Part shown: positions 62,667-64,000 of the stretch, piece by piece
Layout of the letters: each line of letters opens with the position of its first letter
Numbering within the stretch: position 1 is the first letter of the stretch
NCBI RefSeq assembly: GCF_006345805.1
Contig: NC_042998.1
Span: 140,058,001 to 140,122,000 of the forward strand
Reading direction: 5' to 3'
Length of the DNA stretch: 64,000 bases
Source of the DNA: Octopus sinensis
Taxonomy: Eukaryota
The notes under the pieces: generated by a model
The model's input: the letters and a program-made list of their open reading frames with translations, nothing else
Told to the model about the DNA's origin: nothing
Databases searched by the model: none
Made by a program: the position numbers and the translations under genes

Positions 62667-63151
62667 TTTAGGGGACAAACAAGGACAGACACACACATAC
62701 ACATACATATAATCAATCTGATAAACTTAAAAAAGCATGTGCCATGTGTATTTGCCAGTTGGCTGCAATTTGGTGTGATGGTGCTCTCATAGCACCAGTT
62801 GTTGAAACATCAGAAAGTCATGGACAGGCAAGGTAACTCAGCTCTAATCCCATCTAAGGGTGATGGACGTTGATGTTTCACCATTGGTGAATTACTTTTG
62901 TGGTTTCACCATTCTTTTCTTTGTCATTTTTGATAAGCCACAAAAATGGTGAAATATTAATGTTCATCACTCCTAGATGGGATTAGAGGCGAGTTATCTC
63001 ACCTGTCTATTTACTCTCAGGTATTTTAACACCTGGTACTCTGAGAGAGTATTCTCCACAATGCCAAATTGCAGCTTACAAGCAAATACACTGGCTATGC
63101 ATATATGTGGTTGATAATGTTTATTGCACTAGTGCTCCTATTTCATATATA

Positions 63152-63707
63152 TGGTGCTATAGGTGGTGCTATTGACTCCAGGTGGTGATTGAGTCCAGGT
63201 GGTGCTATTGAGTCCAGGCGATGCTATTGAGTCCAGGTGATGTTATTGAATCCAAGTGGTGCTATTGAGACCAGGTGGTGCTATTGAGTCTAGGTGGCGC
63301 TATTGAGACCAGGTGGTGTTATTGAGTCCATGTGGTGCTATTGAGTCCAGGTGGTGCTATTGAGACCAGGTGGTGATATGGTGTCCAGCTGGTGCTATTG
63401 TGACCGTATAGTGCTATTGAATCCAAGTGGTGCTATTGAGTCCAGGTGGTGCTATTGAGATCAGGTGGTGCTATTGAGATCAGGTGGTGATATTGAGTCC
63501 AGGTGGTGCTATTGAGACTAGGTGGTGCTATTGAGTCTAGGTGGTGCTATTGAGATCAAGTGGTGCTATTACATCCAGGTGGTGATATTGAGTCTAGGTG
63601 GTGCTATTGAGTCCAGGTGGTGCTATTGAGTCCTGGTGATGCTATTGAGTCCAGGTGGTGCTATTGAGTCCAAATGGTATTTTTGAGCCTACATGGTGTT
63701 ATTGAGT
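63152..63707. repeat. Minisatellite, 19-bp unit GGTGGTGCTATTGAGTCCA, ~29 copies
   Basis: Direct tandem repetition with point variants and no spacers. Confidence 0.95.
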
Positions 63708-64000
63708 TTGTCATGGCCTGGGCCAATAATGGCCAAAACCAATCTAAGTTATATATATGTACACACATGTGTATGTTCTTGTCTTTGTGTTTGACCCCAC
63801 ATTACTTGACAACTGGTGTTGGTTTGTTTACGTCCCAGTAACCCAGCAATTTGGCAAAAAAGACCAGACTTAAAAACAAATAAATAATGGGATCAATTTG
63901 TTCAACTAAACCTGGTAGTGCCCCAGCATGGCTGCAGTCCAATAACTGAAACAAGTAAAAGAACATAAGAAATATGTTGTTTGCATGTGGAATAATTGTT

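Noticed and set aside
63152-63707. CRISPR-like array
   Set aside because: Units abut with no unique spacers, the context is a eukaryotic intron, and there are no cas genes.

Overview
AT-rich, microsatellite-dense animal genomic DNA. The repeat families (tRNA-headed SINEs with microsatellite bodies, RTE LINE tails ending in (GAT)n) point to an Octopus-like coleoid cephalopod; this is inference from recalled repeat sequences. The whole window lies inside one + strand gene with very large introns. Four coding exons (11799-11942, 29752-29838, 31885-31947, 49625-49677; 144+87+63+53 nt; phases 0/0/0/0/2) splice into a stop-free 115-aa coiled-coil segment that aligns without gaps to my recollection of the C-terminal part of vertebrate CEP112 (CCDC46). 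Introns are 17,809, 2,046 and 17,677 bp, plus open-ended introns at both edges. They contain at least three SINE families, two RTE LINE lineages, a young CR1-type LINE with an uninterrupted RT frame, a multiply deleted Gypsy LTR element, Tc1 and mariner remnants, hAT, mariner and TTAA (piggyBac-type) MITEs, two Helitrons and a Helentron-like element. Most notable structures: (1) a near-perfect 244-bp palindrome 630 bp downstream of the 53-nt exon, whose only stem mismatches are tandem G.U pairs in the sense RNA; (2) a ~96% identical inverted RTE pair bracketing three phase-0 exons, so any back-spliced circle would be a stop-free circular ORF; (3) two Helitrons with an identical 33-nt 3' end but unrelated bodies; (4) a structured module at 62.5-63.7 kb with two hairpins, an AG|GT site and a 19-bp minisatellite. 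No prokaryotic-type system or CRISPR array is present. All alignments were done by eye, and coordinates of degenerate repeats are approximate.
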